Source: Cyanobacteria bacterium J06626_4 (lineage in GTDB: Bacteria; Cyanobacteriota; Cyanobacteriia; Phormidesmidales; Phormidesmidaceae). From it: 64,000 bases of DNA. Position numbers and translations under genes: made by a program. The stretch spans positions 32,001-96,000 of the forward strand of contig JBCBJQ010000001.1 of assembly GCA_038523235.1 (NCBI GenBank), read 5' to 3'. The notes beneath the pieces are model-generated. The model made no database searches, was not told the DNA's origin, and saw nothing but the letters and a program-made list of their open reading frames with translations. Position 1 is the stretch's first letter. Each line of letters begins with the position of its first letter. Below are positions 45,729 through 56,995 of the stretch, one piece after another.

Positions 45729-48305
45729 CTACTTGGTCGTCATCGTGTGAACGCCATCCCAATCGTCCGGGGGTGGATTGACGAGATAGGCTTGGGCGCG
45801 ATTGATGTGAATGGCGGAGGCGCGATCAGTGGGTTTGAGCACGATTGCCTTTTCAAAAATCGCGATCGCTTTTTTAAACTGCATATTGGTGTAAGCGGCG
45901 CGGCCTTCCTGATACAGCTCCAAAAAGTCTTGGGTGGTTTGTTCTAGACTGTTGTGCTTGTAGTCAATCAGTTCAAAAATGCTAACCGGTTGATTCTTGC
46001 CTTTAACGCGTGTTTTATCGAGTTCTCGCACCCAAATTTTGTCGCGACAGGGCTCATAGGTGTGCTCGCTCAGCACGATATCGCAGCCGTATTGCTTGGT
46101 AACGCCCTCTAGGCGAGCACTCAGGTTAACGCCATCGCCGATGACGGTATATTCCATCTTGCGCTGTGAGCCAATATTGCCCGACACCACCTCACCCGAG
46201 CTAATGCCCATGCCGATGCGCACCTCCGGCTGATTGTGCAGCACCCGCTCATGATTGAACGTCACCAGTCGCTGACGCATGTCTAGCGCCGACTGTACTG
46301 CCGCCCAGGCATGATTTTGTAGCGGCAGGGGCGCACCATAAACCGCCATGATGGCGTCACCAATAAATTTATCAAGGGTGCCTTCAAAATTGAAGACTGC
46401 TTCCACCATGGTCTCAAAGTAGGTGTTGAGCATTTCCACTACTTTGTCGGCTTCGAGATTTTCCGTCAGGGTGGTGTAGCCGCGAATGTCAGAGAACAGC
46501 ACAGTCACTTCTCGCCGCTCGCCCCGCATCAGAGTGTCTTCGCCCAGAGCCATCACCCGATCCGCCACCCCTGGCGTCATGTAGCGATAAAGGGTCGTCT
46601 TCATCCGCTTCTCTTGGCTGATATCTTCTAGCACCAGCAGGCCACCGCGCACGCCGCCTTCGGGGTTGGTCAAAGGGTTCACCGTCAGGTTGATGCTGCG
46701 CTCTAACACCTGTACCTGATCGGGATCAACGGGCTGGGTGGTGTCGTCCTGATGACCCCACGGCCAAAACTGATCGGGATTGTCAGTACCAGGCAAGAGC
46801 AGCAGGGCCGTACTCGGATCAACCGGCTGACCGGCCGGCGTCAGCACGGCCTCAACGGGGATTGCCACCTTGAGGGTTTGCTCCGGCACATAGTGCTTGG
46901 CCCCCGTTTCTAGACTGTCTTCGATGCGAAACTGCAGCTTCTCGATGGGAATGATGTTCCACACTAACCGGTTGATGAGCTGCTGTTCCCATATATCTCG
47001 CAGGGCGCGATCGCTATCTTCAGGCGATTCCGGGCAACCCAACAGTTCCAACGCGGCATCGTTAATGGTGACGACGCGGCCCTCCATATCGGTAGAAATC
47101 ACCGCATCCGACAGGCTTTGTAGAATGTCTTTCTGGTACTGCTTTTCGACCAGGACGTTCTCAAATAGCTGGGCATTTTCTAGCGCTACGCCTGCTTGAA
47201 TGTTGAACGCCCGCATAAATTCTTCGTCAGAGCTGTTAAATGACCCCTGCTTTTTATTGATTAGCTGGGTCACAGCGATGAGCTGGCTCGATGAGTCGAA
47301 CACCGGCATGCAGAGAATGTTGCGGGTCAAGTAGCCGGTGCGCTTGTCGGATGAGGGGTCAAACCGGGGATCTTGGTAGGCATCGGGAATGTTGAGGTTT
47401 TTGCCGGTGGAGGCGACAAAGCCAACAATCCCGCGGTCAGCAGGAATCCGCAGGTCAATCATGGTTTGGCCATCGCCGGACTTGACCCGCGACCAGAGTT
47501 CGTTATTGCTGGCATCGATCAGCCACAGCGTGCTGCGATCGGCACTCATCAAGTCGCGGGCTTCCGCCATGACTGACTGCAGCGTTTTTTCGAGATCCAA
47601 ACTCTGCTCTAGCGATGAAATCGCCTTCAGCAGGGAAGACACCCCTTTTTGATTGCGCGCCGCGACGTAAAAGGAATTGCAACTTTCGAGAATGATGCCG
47701 ATGGAAGAAGCAAACTCCCGGAAGCTCCGCTCGTCTTGAGCATCAAACGCGACGGGTTGACCGTTCGGGTCCAGCTTGTTGAGCAGCTGCACTACTGCCA
47801 CAACGGACTCGTTGGTTTTATTGAAAACGGGAATACAGAGAATGCTGTGGGTGCGATAGCCGGTTTCCTGATCGGTTTTGCGATTGAAGAGGTCGCTAGA
47901 GTAAGCATCAGGAATGTTGAGGCATTCACCCGAATCAGCCACGTGTCCGGCGATCCCCTTACCGACAGGAACCCGGATTTCTAAGCGGCCTTCACCATCG
48001 CCCTGAGCAATTTTGGACCACAGCTCAGCCTTATCCCAATCGACCATAAAAATAGTCGTGCGCTCTGCCTGCAGAATCTGCCCGATTTTGAGGGTGAACG
48101 CCTCCAAAATCTGCTCTAGCATCGTCTCCAGGGCTTCGTTGTTGATCATATCGATCGCCCGAAGGAAATGCTCAAACTCCCGCGTAATCTGCTCTAGCAG
48201 ATTGATGAACTGCGGCGCGGGCAAATCTTTTACCCGGTGGGTTAAACTCCCCTGTTGATTTACCTGGGAGAACGTCGCCAACATGCTGGAGTTAGACGGT
48301 GCCAT
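45729..48305 (-). CDS. GAF-GAF-PAS class III adenylate cyclase (CyaB1-like)
   Basis: Two GAF domains with NK..F..DE motifs, PAS, catalytic FSDIRGYT, DKFIGD, YTVIGDGVNLSARLE. Confidence 0.92.
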   Translation of the reverse strand: MAPSNSSMLATFSQVNQQGSLTHRVKDLPAPQFINLLEQITREFEHFLRAIDMINNEALETMLEQILEAFTLKIGQILQAERTTIFMVDWDKAELWSKIAQGDGEGRLEIRVPVGKGIAGHVADSGECLNIPDAYSSDLFNRKTDQETGYRTHSILCIPVFNKTNESVVAVVQLLNKLDPNGQPVAFDAQDERSFREFASSIGIILESCNSFYVAARNQKGVSSLLKAISSLEQSLDLEKTLQSVMAEARDLMSADRSTLWLIDASNNELWSRVKSGDGQTMIDLRIPADRGIVGFVASTGKNLNIPDAYQDPRFDPSSDKRTGYLTRNILCMPVFDSSSQLIAVTQLINKKQGSFNSSDEEFMRAFNIQAGVALENAQLFENVLVEKQYQKDILQSLSDAVISTDMEGRVVTINDAALELLGCPESPEDSDRALRDIWEQQLINRLVWNIIPIEKLQFRIEDSLETGAKHYVPEQTLKVAIPVEAVLTPAGQPVDPSTALLLLPGTDNPDQFWPWGHQDDTTQPVDPDQVQVLERSINLTVNPLTNPEGGVRGGLLVLEDISQEKRMKTTLYRYMTPGVADRVMALGEDTLMRGERREVTVLFSDIRGYTTLTENLEADKVVEMLNTYFETMVEAVFNFEGTLDKFIGDAIMAVYGAPLPLQNHAWAAVQSALDMRQRLVTFNHERVLHNQPEVRIGMGISSGEVVSGNIGSQRKMEYTVIGDGVNLSARLEGVTKQYGCDIVLSEHTYEPCRDKIWVRELDKTRVKGKNQPVSIFELIDYKHNSLEQTTQDFLELYQEGRAAYTNMQFKKAIAIFEKAIVLKPTDRASAIHINRAQAYLVNPPPDDWDGVHTMTTK

Positions 48306-48862
48306 AATGAATCGCTGCTACAAGCAATGGATAAGGCTAAACCAAAAACTGGAGAAGAAAGGCAAGCAGTGAACCGTTGAGGATAACTCTCCCGCAACCT
48401 CCGAGTTGATCCCGGCCGAACAGTCGCACGCCTTAATTCAACGGCTGTACATCAGCCTCAAATAACCCCTACTACTTTACCTCTAACTGATTTGAACCGA
48501 CGGAAAAAGACGCCCAAGCTACAGAATCAAGAGCACTTCAGTCACAGTCGGGTACACAGTTTTTGGCATGACGGCCGTCAAGGGGGCTAATTGCCCTTGA
48601 GTTTACCCAGACGGTCTATCGAGGTTGACATTGCCAATGCGATATCGAGCGATCTGTGACAGCGCTGAGCCGTCGCTGCTCCTGAGGCTAGCCTAAGGCA
48701 ATACTCGGCTCTCACTGAATCTTTAGAAGACACTCAGGGAAGTCAATGCCAGACTTCCTAGACTGGTGATTAAAGGGAATCAAGACCATCCTGCTTTTAA
48801 GACTTTGCTCGATCTTGGCAAAAATGGGCGATGGCTTGGCTGCCAATGTTGAATTGGAAGAT

Positions 48863-49165
48863 ATGGCGATGAACAGCTTCAAGTTTCTACTGCTCGGAAT
48901 AGTGACTGTCGGCGGTATCACCCTAGCGACAGCATTGCCCAGTGTTGCCCAAGAAATTAATTTGGGTGGCTTCCGCATCGATCTCGACGAAGACGAATCG
49001 CAGCTCCGCCCCCGCATTTCCACCGATGGCGATCGCCTCAATTTAGAAATCATTGAGCAACCAGAACCGGAAACCCAAATTCGGTTGGATAGCCAGGGCC
49101 TCACCATTGAGCGGGTACAAGAACCGGCCCGCGAAGTGCTAGATCTCTCGGTGCCGTTGAACTAG
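48863..49165 (+). CDS. Small secreted hypothetical protein
   Basis: Sec-type signal ending SVA-Q, followed by an acidic beta-like mature region. Confidence 0.7.
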   Translation: MAMNSFKFLLLGIVTVGGITLATALPSVAQEINLGGFRIDLDEDESQLRPRISTDGDRLNLEIIEQPEPETQIRLDSQGLTIERVQEPAREVLDLSVPLN

Positions 49166-49273
49166 CAGGGCTGCATTTAACCCAAGGATTAGGACGGCCA
49201 GGATGGCCTTTACACAAGAGGGGGGTATGGCGGGAGTTTAGGAGTAGTTTCTCTTGATCGGGTGGGGCGATCG

Positions 49274-50842
49274 CTACGGTGTCGGAGCGTCGGGCTCGCT
49301 CTCAGCGGCGCGTTCTGGTTTCAACAAGGGGAAGGCAATAACGTCGCGAATGCTAGGACTATCGGTCAGCAGCATGACGAGGCGATCGATGCCGATACCC
49401 TCGCCACAGGTGGGGGGCATGCCGTATTCCAACGCGGTCAGAAAGTCTTCATCTACCCCAGTGGCTTCCAAATCGCCCGCTGCTTTACGTGCCGCTTGGG
49501 CCTCAAAGCGCACCCGCTGATCGATGGGATCCGTCAACTCAGAGAAGCCATTGGCCGTTTCGCGTCCGGTAATGAACAGCTCAAATCGCTCCACCACGCC
49601 CGGTTTGCTGCGGTGAGGCTTGGACAACGGTGAAATTTCGACCGGATGATCGATCACAAACGTGGGCTGCATCAACTCCGCCTCAACCGTTTCTTCAAAC
49701 ACCGTATTGAGCAGCCGACCGATCGAATCACAGGTCTCCAAGTTCTTGATCCCCAATGCCGTGACCTGGCTTTTAGCATCAGCGAGGTCGGTGAACTGGT
49801 CAAAGGCTAGGCCGGTCTTTTCCGCCACGAGATCGTGCATCGACACCCGCCGCCAGGGCGCGGCCAACTCAATCTCATCGCCTTGATAGGTGATTTTAGT
49901 CGTGCCCAGCACTGACTCGGCCACTGCCGAAATCAGGTCTTCCGTCAGCGTCATAAAGTCGTGATAGTCGGCGTAGGCTTGGTAAAACTCGATGCTGGTA
50001 AATTCGGGATTGTGGCGGGTCGAAATGCCCTCGTTGCGAAAGATACGACCAATTTCGAATACTTTCTCAAACCCACCGACAATCATGCGCTTGAGATGCA
50101 ATTCTGTGGCAATCCGCAGATAAAGCGGCATGTCTAAGGTGTTGTGATAGGTCACAAAGGGGCGAGCCTCAGCGCCCCCCGCCTCACCCTGCAGCACGGG
50201 GGTTTCAATTTCTAAAAAGCCGCGATCTTCAAAAAAGCGGCGAATGGCAGACGTGATCAGCGCCCGCTTGCGAAAGGTCTCTCGCACGTCGGGGTTCACA
50301 ATCAAATCGACATAGCGCTGGCGATAGCGTTTGGCCACATCGGTTAGGCCGTGCCACTTGTCCGGCAGGGGCAACAGCGATTTGGTCAGCAGCGCATATT
50401 GCTGCACCTTAACCGAGAGTTCGCCTTTGTCGGTGCGTTTGATCGTGCCACGCACGCCAATGAAGTCGCCGACATCGGTGAGCTGCTTGACCTGATTAAA
50501 GGCGTCAGGATTCTCGGCCATGCTGTCGCGAATGACCTTTTTATCTAGATAGAGCTGAATCGTGCCGCTCTCATCTTGAATATTGAAAAAGGCGAGCTTG
50601 CCAAAGACGCGGCGGGCCAAAATGCGTCCGGCGATCGCCACTTCATCGTCAACTTCTTCACCGGCTACTAACCCCTCGTACTGGGCCTGGAGATCAGCCG
50701 CATCATGAGTCTTGGCCCACCGATAAGCAAAGGGATTGAGCCCAGCGGCACTCAACTGCTCGACCTTTTGCAATCGGGCGGCCCGAATTTCGTCTAACGT
50801 CGAGGCGCTTTGGGCAGGCTGCTGAGACTCGTTTTTGGCCAT
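49274..50842 (-). CDS. lysS: Lysine--tRNA ligase (class II)
   Basis: [43 protein letters not shown]. Confidence 0.97.
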   Translation of the reverse strand: MAKNESQQPAQSASTLDEIRAARLQKVEQLSAAGLNPFAYRWAKTHDAADLQAQYEGLVAGEEVDDEVAIAGRILARRVFGKLAFFNIQDESGTIQLYLDKKVIRDSMAENPDAFNQVKQLTDVGDFIGVRGTIKRTDKGELSVKVQQYALLTKSLLPLPDKWHGLTDVAKRYRQRYVDLIVNPDVRETFRKRALITSAIRRFFEDRGFLEIETPVLQGEAGGAEARPFVTYHNTLDMPLYLRIATELHLKRMIVGGFEKVFEIGRIFRNEGISTRHNPEFTSIEFYQAYADYHDFMTLTEDLISAVAESVLGTTKITYQGDEIELAAPWRRVSMHDLVAEKTGLAFDQFTDLADAKSQVTALGIKNLETCDSIGRLLNTVFEETVEAELMQPTFVIDHPVEISPLSKPHRSKPGVVERFELFITGRETANGFSELTDPIDQRVRFEAQAARKAAGDLEATGVDEDFLTALEYGMPPTCGEGIGIDRLVMLLTDSPSIRDVIAFPLLKPERAAESEPDAPTP

Positions 50843-51117
50843 AGGTAAAGAAGGGCAAGGACACACAGAGTCTCATTATAGGCAGCTTCTGAGTCCAATT
50901 TGCTGGAATTCTGCGGCCCTCTCAGCCTTTGACTCTGTCTCGCTTTTGCCGAGTTTGCCTGGCTCCGCATCGGAAGGCATTTAGCGATCTCTCCATCCCC
51001 TTCAGACAGGGCAAAGCTCGGCAGAATGCAGCGGTCGGCAGTCAGGGTTGAAAGGTTCATCAGAGTTACCGTTGGGGCATCCCGAGTCACTTGATCCGGG
51101 TTGACAATATTTCTTCT

Positions 51118-51305
51118 CTAAGGAACAGGGATTAAATAAAGTCCTCAATTTGATCTGAGGCAAAGCCGACCACGCTTCCCCTCCTGGGAGGGGCTTACGG
51201 GGTGGGTTAACCGCGAGTACTTGAGATTGAACCCACCCCGCCCGCCCTGCGGGCACCCCTCCCGAGAGGGGAAAATTGACGCATTATTAAATTCCCGATC
51301 CTTAG
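51118..51305. mobile_element. Nested palindromic MITE/REP-like element
   Basis: Imperfect terminal inverted repeats (CTAAGGAACAGGGATTAAATAA / TTATTAAATTCCCGATCCTTAG), inner TTCCCCTCCTGGGAGGGG / CCCCTCCCGAGAGGGGAA, and CGGGGTGGGTT / AACCCACCCCG. Confidence 0.7.
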
Positions 51306-51375
51306 CGTTGACAGCTTTAGGATGCTGCTATTCAAAGGTCGTTCAAGAGGACTCCTGTCACCCGCTCAAATGACT

Positions 51376-52815
51376 CTAAAGGGCTGACGTCGTTGACGCT
51401 TGGACGCCTGGTTTTGGGTTGATATCGAGTTGAGTAGTGTAATCAATATCGAGGATTTCGGCATAGAGGCGAACATATTCCGCCGCCGATTTGTCCCAGC
51501 TGAAGTTTTGCTCCATGCCTCTTTTTTGGAGGTCATGCCAGGCATCTTTATAGCGAAAACCCTCCCATGCTCTCACCATGCAGGTGTAAAGGTCTAAGGG
51601 TTCATAGCGATCGAAACAGTAGCCGGTACCCGCTTTATTGACCGGATCGTGATGAGTGACGGTATCAACGAGGCCGCCGGTGCGCCGCACAATTGGCACG
51701 CAGCCGTAGCGCATAGCAATCATTTGACTGATGCCGCAGGGCTCAAAGCGAGATGGCATCAGAAAGGCATCAGCACCTGAGTAGATTTGACGGCCAATGC
51801 CGTCGCTATACATGAGATAGACGGCCATGCGACCTCGGTAGCGAGAGGCCATTTCCCAAAGCTGATTCTCGTAATAGCGATCGCCAGTACCGAGTAACAC
51901 AAACTGAGCATCGGTGTAAGCCAAAAATCGATCCATGGTTTGTAAAACCAGATCGAGTCCCTTTTGTTCGACCAAGCGACTGATCAGGCCCACTAGCATG
52001 GCTTTGGAGTTAACTTCCAAGCCCATTTCTTCTTGGACTTTGATTTTGTTGGTGCGACGCTGCTCAATGGTATCAGTGGTGAACGGTTGGGCGAGCTGCT
52101 TGTCGGTACTGGGGTCAAACAAATCCAGGTCAATGCCATTCAAAATGCCGCTGAGCTTACCGCTCACAAACGACAGCAACCCTTCCAGCTCTTCACCATA
52201 TTCTTTGGTTTGAATCTGTTGAGCATAGGTGGGAGACACGGTATTAACGCGGTCAGCAAACTGCACGGCGGCAGCCATCGTATTGTGGCCTTGCATGTAC
52301 CACGGGCACCAAGTCATCTGCTCCAGTTTCCAGCGCCAGGGGCCTTGGTACGCCAGGTTGTGAATCGTAAATACCGTGCCAATGTCAGACGTTTGGCTCA
52401 TCCATACTGGAATCATGCCGGTGTGCCAGTCGTGGCAGTGCATGATCTGGGGTTTCCAATAGTTCCAGGCAAATTCAGCGGCACCGTTGGCAAAAAACGT
52501 AAACCGCCAGTCTTCATCACTGCCGCCATAAACATTGCGGCCATCAAACGCCGGGTGGCCAAACAGGTAAAGGGGCACATCAGTGCCGGGCAGCACGGTT
52601 TCATAAACTGCGAAGGCGTTAAACATCGCATAGCCTTGCCAGACAGGATCTTTAGGAATCTCAGTCTTGTCAGGCATAAAGCCGTAGTAGGGCATAAAAA
52701 TGCGCACGTCATGGCCCATTTTACGGAGCACCTTAGGCAGGGAGCCGACGACATCGCCCATGCCCCCAACCTTCGCCAACGGTGCCGCTTCCGCCGCCAC
52801 AAACAGAATCCGCAT
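51376..52815 (-). CDS. glgA: Glycogen synthase
   Basis: [42 protein letters not shown]. Confidence 0.97.
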   Translation of the reverse strand: MRILFVAAEAAPLAKVGGMGDVVGSLPKVLRKMGHDVRIFMPYYGFMPDKTEIPKDPVWQGYAMFNAFAVYETVLPGTDVPLYLFGHPAFDGRNVYGGSDEDWRFTFFANGAAEFAWNYWKPQIMHCHDWHTGMIPVWMSQTSDIGTVFTIHNLAYQGPWRWKLEQMTWCPWYMQGHNTMAAAVQFADRVNTVSPTYAQQIQTKEYGEELEGLLSFVSGKLSGILNGIDLDLFDPSTDKQLAQPFTTDTIEQRRTNKIKVQEEMGLEVNSKAMLVGLISRLVEQKGLDLVLQTMDRFLAYTDAQFVLLGTGDRYYENQLWEMASRYRGRMAVYLMYSDGIGRQIYSGADAFLMPSRFEPCGISQMIAMRYGCVPIVRRTGGLVDTVTHHDPVNKAGTGYCFDRYEPLDLYTCMVRAWEGFRYKDAWHDLQKRGMEQNFSWDKSAAEYVRLYAEILDIDYTTQLDINPKPGVQASTTSAL

Positions 52816-53032
52816 GTTGCCGCCCTTTTGAGAAAGTTCTTGATGCCTTCATCAGTCTACGGGCGCACGGGCGCTCTGCATAGTAGGCGAAAATGCATTG
52901 GTAGAGCGCTGGCGCTGGCGGCTCGTGCGAAGGCGCAACTAAGCCAAAAGGGATGGCCCTGTCTGGTGGATGCGACTCGAATTTGACCAGCTCGAATTTG
53001 ACGAGGGGGAACGGTTCTTGCCGAAAGGCCAC

Positions 53033-53761
53033 TTATTCTAAGACGGGCTGGTTGAGTTTGATGACCGGACGTTGAGGGCTGGGCTCTTCTACGCTCTTTC
53101 CCAACAGCCGCTCTTGAGGAATTGACTCAGCCAGGTTAGGCCCGACGATGCCGCCAGATAGCAGAATCTTAAAGGCGTCCTCGATCGAAATTGAGAGATT
53201 GATGACGTCTGATTCCGGCACGACAGCATACCAACCACTGGTTGGATTGGGAGTGGTGGGGATAAAGACGCTCAGCATAGAAGAGCCGACCGCCTCTTGC
53301 GCCGTGACCACTGTCCCCGTGACAAACGCGACGGCCCAGAGACCTCGACGCGGGTATTCCACCAAAATTACGCGACGAAAACGGCTCTTAGAATCTTGAA
53401 AAACGGTTTGTAACAGCTGCTGTAGCGTTTTATAGACTGAGCCCGCCAAAGGGATTGACTGAACAATACGCTCACCAAAATCAAGCAGCCACCGACCAGC
53501 GATGTTGCGCGCCATTAAACCGATGAGCAAAATGCCGAGCAATGGGACAGTCAATCCGACCGCTAAGTTGATCACGTCCCCCAAAAGCGGAGGCAGCCCA
53601 GTAAAAGGATTAAGTTGTTTGGGAAACCGCGTCAGAAACCGCGCCACCCAGAACGCCATCGTAATCGTTAGCCAGATGGTCGTTGCAAGGGGGATCACCA
53701 CTAGCAAGCCAGCGATGAGATCGTTTTTTAAGTCCTGTCGGAATTTCTGAAGCACAGTCAA
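53033..53761 (-). CDS. DUF502 domain membrane protein
   Basis: AGLLVVIPLATT, LVEYPR.G, FIPTTPNPTSG. Confidence 0.9.
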   Translation of the reverse strand: MTVLQKFRQDLKNDLIAGLLVVIPLATTIWLTITMAFWVARFLTRFPKQLNPFTGLPPLLGDVINLAVGLTVPLLGILLIGLMARNIAGRWLLDFGERIVQSIPLAGSVYKTLQQLLQTVFQDSKSRFRRVILVEYPRRGLWAVAFVTGTVVTAQEAVGSSMLSVFIPTTPNPTSGWYAVVPESDVINLSISIEDAFKILLSGGIVGPNLAESIPQERLLGKSVEEPSPQRPVIKLNQPVLE

Positions 53762-54059
53762 CTCGATTCGTGTCCAAGATGGATTTTAACAATCATAAGA
53801 GCTGAACTTACCAAACCGCTATGGGCTTGAGGCACTGTTCGACCGCAAAAATGTTGTAAACACCCTTGTTTAATCCTTCTCGCTTAAGCAGTACGGATAT
53901 AAACCGGCAAAGGCATCAACCACACCGTTGACCTCAGACTGCTTCCTTGTATTGTACTTAACATTTCTGTTTGATTGGGGATCAGGGATCGCAGCGGCTT
54001 TTGCTAGCCGTTTCCAGATTGAGACTTTTGCGCGATCGCTAGGATCGCGACGTTACCAA

Positions 54060-55490
54060 CTATCCCAACTTCAAGATATATCGCGCCAAATTGAGATAGA
54101 TCAGAACGCCCAAAACGTCTACAACGGTCGTAATGAAGGGAGCGGACATCAGAGCAGGGTCAAACCCAATAGCGTTGAAGAGAAACGGTAAGGCGGCCCC
54201 AGCCGTCGAGGCCAGGATGGCGATCGCCACTAAACTGATGCCCACAATGATGGAGACGGGCAAGCTCCCCTGTAGTAAAAAGGCCCAGCCTGTTACCACG
54301 ATCCCCAACATGATGCCTAAAAAGGCGCCGGCGATCGCCTCACGCCGAATCACCGTGAGCGCACTCTTATTATCGACCTCCTGAGTATTGATACCGCGAA
54401 TCACCACGGTAGACGATTGCGCCCCGACGTTCCCTCCCGTGCCAATCAGGAGCGGAATAAAGGCCGCGAGGACCACCACCTGCTCTAACACCGCCTCCTG
54501 ACTGCGAATCACCCAGGTGGTTACCGTGTTGGTAAGGAGCAAAACTGACAGCCACACGACGCGCTTGCGGGCAACGGTCAATAGGTTGGTTTGAAAGTAG
54601 TTGTCACCGCCTGACTGTACGCCCCCCAGCGTATAAATATCCTCTGTGGCTTCCTCTTCTAAAATGTCGAGCACGTCGTCTACGGTGACGATACCGACTA
54701 ATCGCTGCTCTGTATCGACGACCGGAACCGCTAAGAAGTCATATCGCTGGATAAGTTGAGCCACTTCTTCTTGATCGGTGTCAGTCTGGACAGAGACCGC
54801 CTCGCGAGTCATGATGTCGCCAATCGTTTGTTCGGGTTGCCCCATCACCAAGTGCCGCAGAGACAGCGTGCCGGTGAGTTGTCGAGCCGCATCGGTGACA
54901 TACAGGTAGTAAATGGTTTCGCTGATATCGGCCTGATTGCGAATATGTTCGAGCGCTCTTGAAATGCTCCAGGTTTCTTTAAGGGCGATGTACTCAGGCG
55001 TCATGATACGCCCGGCCGTATCGGCTTCGTAACCCAGCAGCAAAGCCGTGGCCTGTCGTTCTTGAGAACTCATCTGGCTCAGCAGTCGCCGCACGATTTT
55101 GGCAGGCAACTCGTCAAATAGGCGGGCGCGATCGTCGGGTGACATCTGATCGACGATGTCGAGCACATCCTGACGTTTGAAATCTTCGACGAGGGCTTGC
55201 TGAATACTGGAATCAAGATTTTCGTAGACCTCGATCGCTTCATTTTTAGAGAGCAGGCGAAAGACGATGGCCTGCATTGTCTCCGGTAAACCTTCGATGG
55301 CTTCGGCAATATCAACGGGCTGCACTGGCACCAGCAAAGCTTTGGCACCCTGAAAGTTGTCTTGTTCTAAGAGCATTTGCAGCTGCGATCGCACCAGTTC
55401 TCGCAGCTCTTGCCGCGAGATGGTCGAAGCGGTGGAGGCGGGCTGCACGACTTGCTCGGTCAAAGACTTACTCTGAATGTTCTTATGCAT
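54060..55490 (-). CDS. mgtE: Magnesium transporter MgtE
   Basis: TAGRIMTPE, CBS pair, GTGGNVGAQS, DPALMSAPFITT.VD. Confidence 0.95.
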   Translation of the reverse strand: MHKNIQSKSLTEQVVQPASTASTISRQELRELVRSQLQMLLEQDNFQGAKALLVPVQPVDIAEAIEGLPETMQAIVFRLLSKNEAIEVYENLDSSIQQALVEDFKRQDVLDIVDQMSPDDRARLFDELPAKIVRRLLSQMSSQERQATALLLGYEADTAGRIMTPEYIALKETWSISRALEHIRNQADISETIYYLYVTDAARQLTGTLSLRHLVMGQPEQTIGDIMTREAVSVQTDTDQEEVAQLIQRYDFLAVPVVDTEQRLVGIVTVDDVLDILEEEATEDIYTLGGVQSGGDNYFQTNLLTVARKRVVWLSVLLLTNTVTTWVIRSQEAVLEQVVVLAAFIPLLIGTGGNVGAQSSTVVIRGINTQEVDNKSALTVIRREAIAGAFLGIMLGIVVTGWAFLLQGSLPVSIIVGISLVAIAILASTAGAALPFLFNAIGFDPALMSAPFITTVVDVLGVLIYLNLARYILKLG

Positions 55491-55620
55491 TGTAATCGCT
55501 GGCGTCGATTCAGCAGTTTACCCGTCCAGCTTTCAGGCCCTCAACCGGACTGAGTACCGGTCACTTTTTCCGCTCTGAGCCGTTACGATTGGCGTTTTGC
55601 CTGGAGTCCGCGGCAGCATC

Positions 55621-56145
55621 ATGGATGAAGTAGTCATTGCCGAGTACGATCCCCGCTGGCCGAGCCGGTTTGCCCAAGAATCGGCTCGTCTGCAGACCGT
55701 GTTGCATCCTCATCTGCTCACGCGCATTGAGCATTTTGGCAGTACAGCAGTGCCCCAGTTAGCGGCAAAACCCATTATCGACCTGTTGGTTGGGGTGCGC
55801 TCACTGGCGACGGCTCGACAAGTCGCGGTGGCACCGTTAGCCCAGTTGGGCTATGCCTACTGGCAGGAAAACCCCGACCCTCGCCGCCTGTTTTTTGTCA
55901 AAGGGCTGCCGCCCAACAGCCCGCGCACGCACCATGTGCACATGGTTGAACCTCACAGTCCGCTGTGGGAACGTTTGCGGTTTCGAGACTACCTTTGTCA
56001 GCATGCCGATGAAGTGGCCCGCTATGCCCAGTTGAAGTATCGGCTCGCTCAGGACTTGGCGGGCGATCGCGAAGCCTACACCAGGGCTAAGGCTGATTAT
56101 ATTGAGTCGGTGATGCAACAAGTTCGACAACAGTCCGTCCGATAG
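55621..56145 (+). CDS. GrpB family (UPF0157) protein
   Basis: YDPRWP, IEHFGSTAVP.LAAKPIID, RTHHVH, FRDYL, Y..LK, YT.AK. Confidence 0.9.
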   Translation: MDEVVIAEYDPRWPSRFAQESARLQTVLHPHLLTRIEHFGSTAVPQLAAKPIIDLLVGVRSLATARQVAVAPLAQLGYAYWQENPDPRRLFFVKGLPPNSPRTHHVHMVEPHSPLWERLRFRDYLCQHADEVARYAQLKYRLAQDLAGDREAYTRAKADYIESVMQQVRQQSVR

Positions 56146-56227
56146 CCGTTTTCAGACTGCCAGGCCAAGATGGGGAGCCCTGTGTAGCGTCTTCAGAGTG
56201 GCTGATCACCGTCCCGACAGTAATGAC

Positions 56228-56878
56228 TTAGGGATAAGGTCGATCGCGCAGCGGTGACTGCTGCCGGTGTTGCTGGCGATAGAGCAGTTCTAACTGGCCG
56301 CCGGCTTCTTGAATAAAGGCGCGCTGCCGACGATAAAGCCCCTGAAAGAAGTTGGCAAAAATCAAGGTCAGGATGGCGATCGCTAATCCGATCGCGGTCG
56401 TGATCAGGGCCTCGCCGATGCCAGAGACGACGTTGAGGGCGCGATCGCTATCGCCGGTGCCCAGATCAAGTGAGGCCAGTGCCTGCATCAGGCCGAGAAT
56501 GGTGCCGAGCAGTCCTAGCAGGGGCGCGATGCCGACAATCGTGTTGAAAGCGGTTGAAAACCTTTTCAGCAGGGGCAGTTCTCCCTGGGCCGTACTTTCC
56601 AGTGCCAGGCGGAATTCTTCGGGGGTGGCCTCGGTAAGGGTAACGGCGGCGAGAAAGATGCGGGCAATGGGTAAGTCGGTGTGCTTTTTGAGTCGGGCGA
56701 TCGCCGCTTGTGGCTGCTGGGCATAGGATTCCAGCACGGCCCGAACGAGTTTTTGCTGGCGTTTAGAAATGCGATTCCAAAACCAAAGACGCTCGCAGGT
56801 CAGGGTCGTGGCCATCAGTGAGGCCAACAACAGCGGCAACGCTACCACACTTTGGCTCAGACTCTCGAATGCCCCCAT
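56228..56878 (-). CDS. MotA/TolQ/ExbB proton channel family protein
   Basis: IAPLLGLLGTILG, GIGEALITTAIGL. Confidence 0.9.
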   Translation of the reverse strand: MGAFESLSQSVVALPLLLASLMATTLTCERLWFWNRISKRQQKLVRAVLESYAQQPQAAIARLKKHTDLPIARIFLAAVTLTEATPEEFRLALESTAQGELPLLKRFSTAFNTIVGIAPLLGLLGTILGLMQALASLDLGTGDSDRALNVVSGIGEALITTAIGLAIAILTLIFANFFQGLYRRQRAFIQEAGGQLELLYRQQHRQQSPLRDRPYP

Positions 56879-56995
56879 ACTCGGCCCTTGGTAGATCGCC
56901 CCTCATCATAACGGCATCTCTACAGCTTATTCCCCCAACTTGTTGGCCTGATCATGGCCAAACCGACATCATGATGGCCCTACCGCGCGTCACCA

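Noticed and set aside
52033..52986. 317-aa plus-strand ORF
   Set aside because: Antisense shadow of glgA; no recognisable domain.
55491..55620. Possible M-box riboswitch before mgtE
   Set aside because: Intergenic region is only about 130 bp and lacks recognisable M-box motifs.
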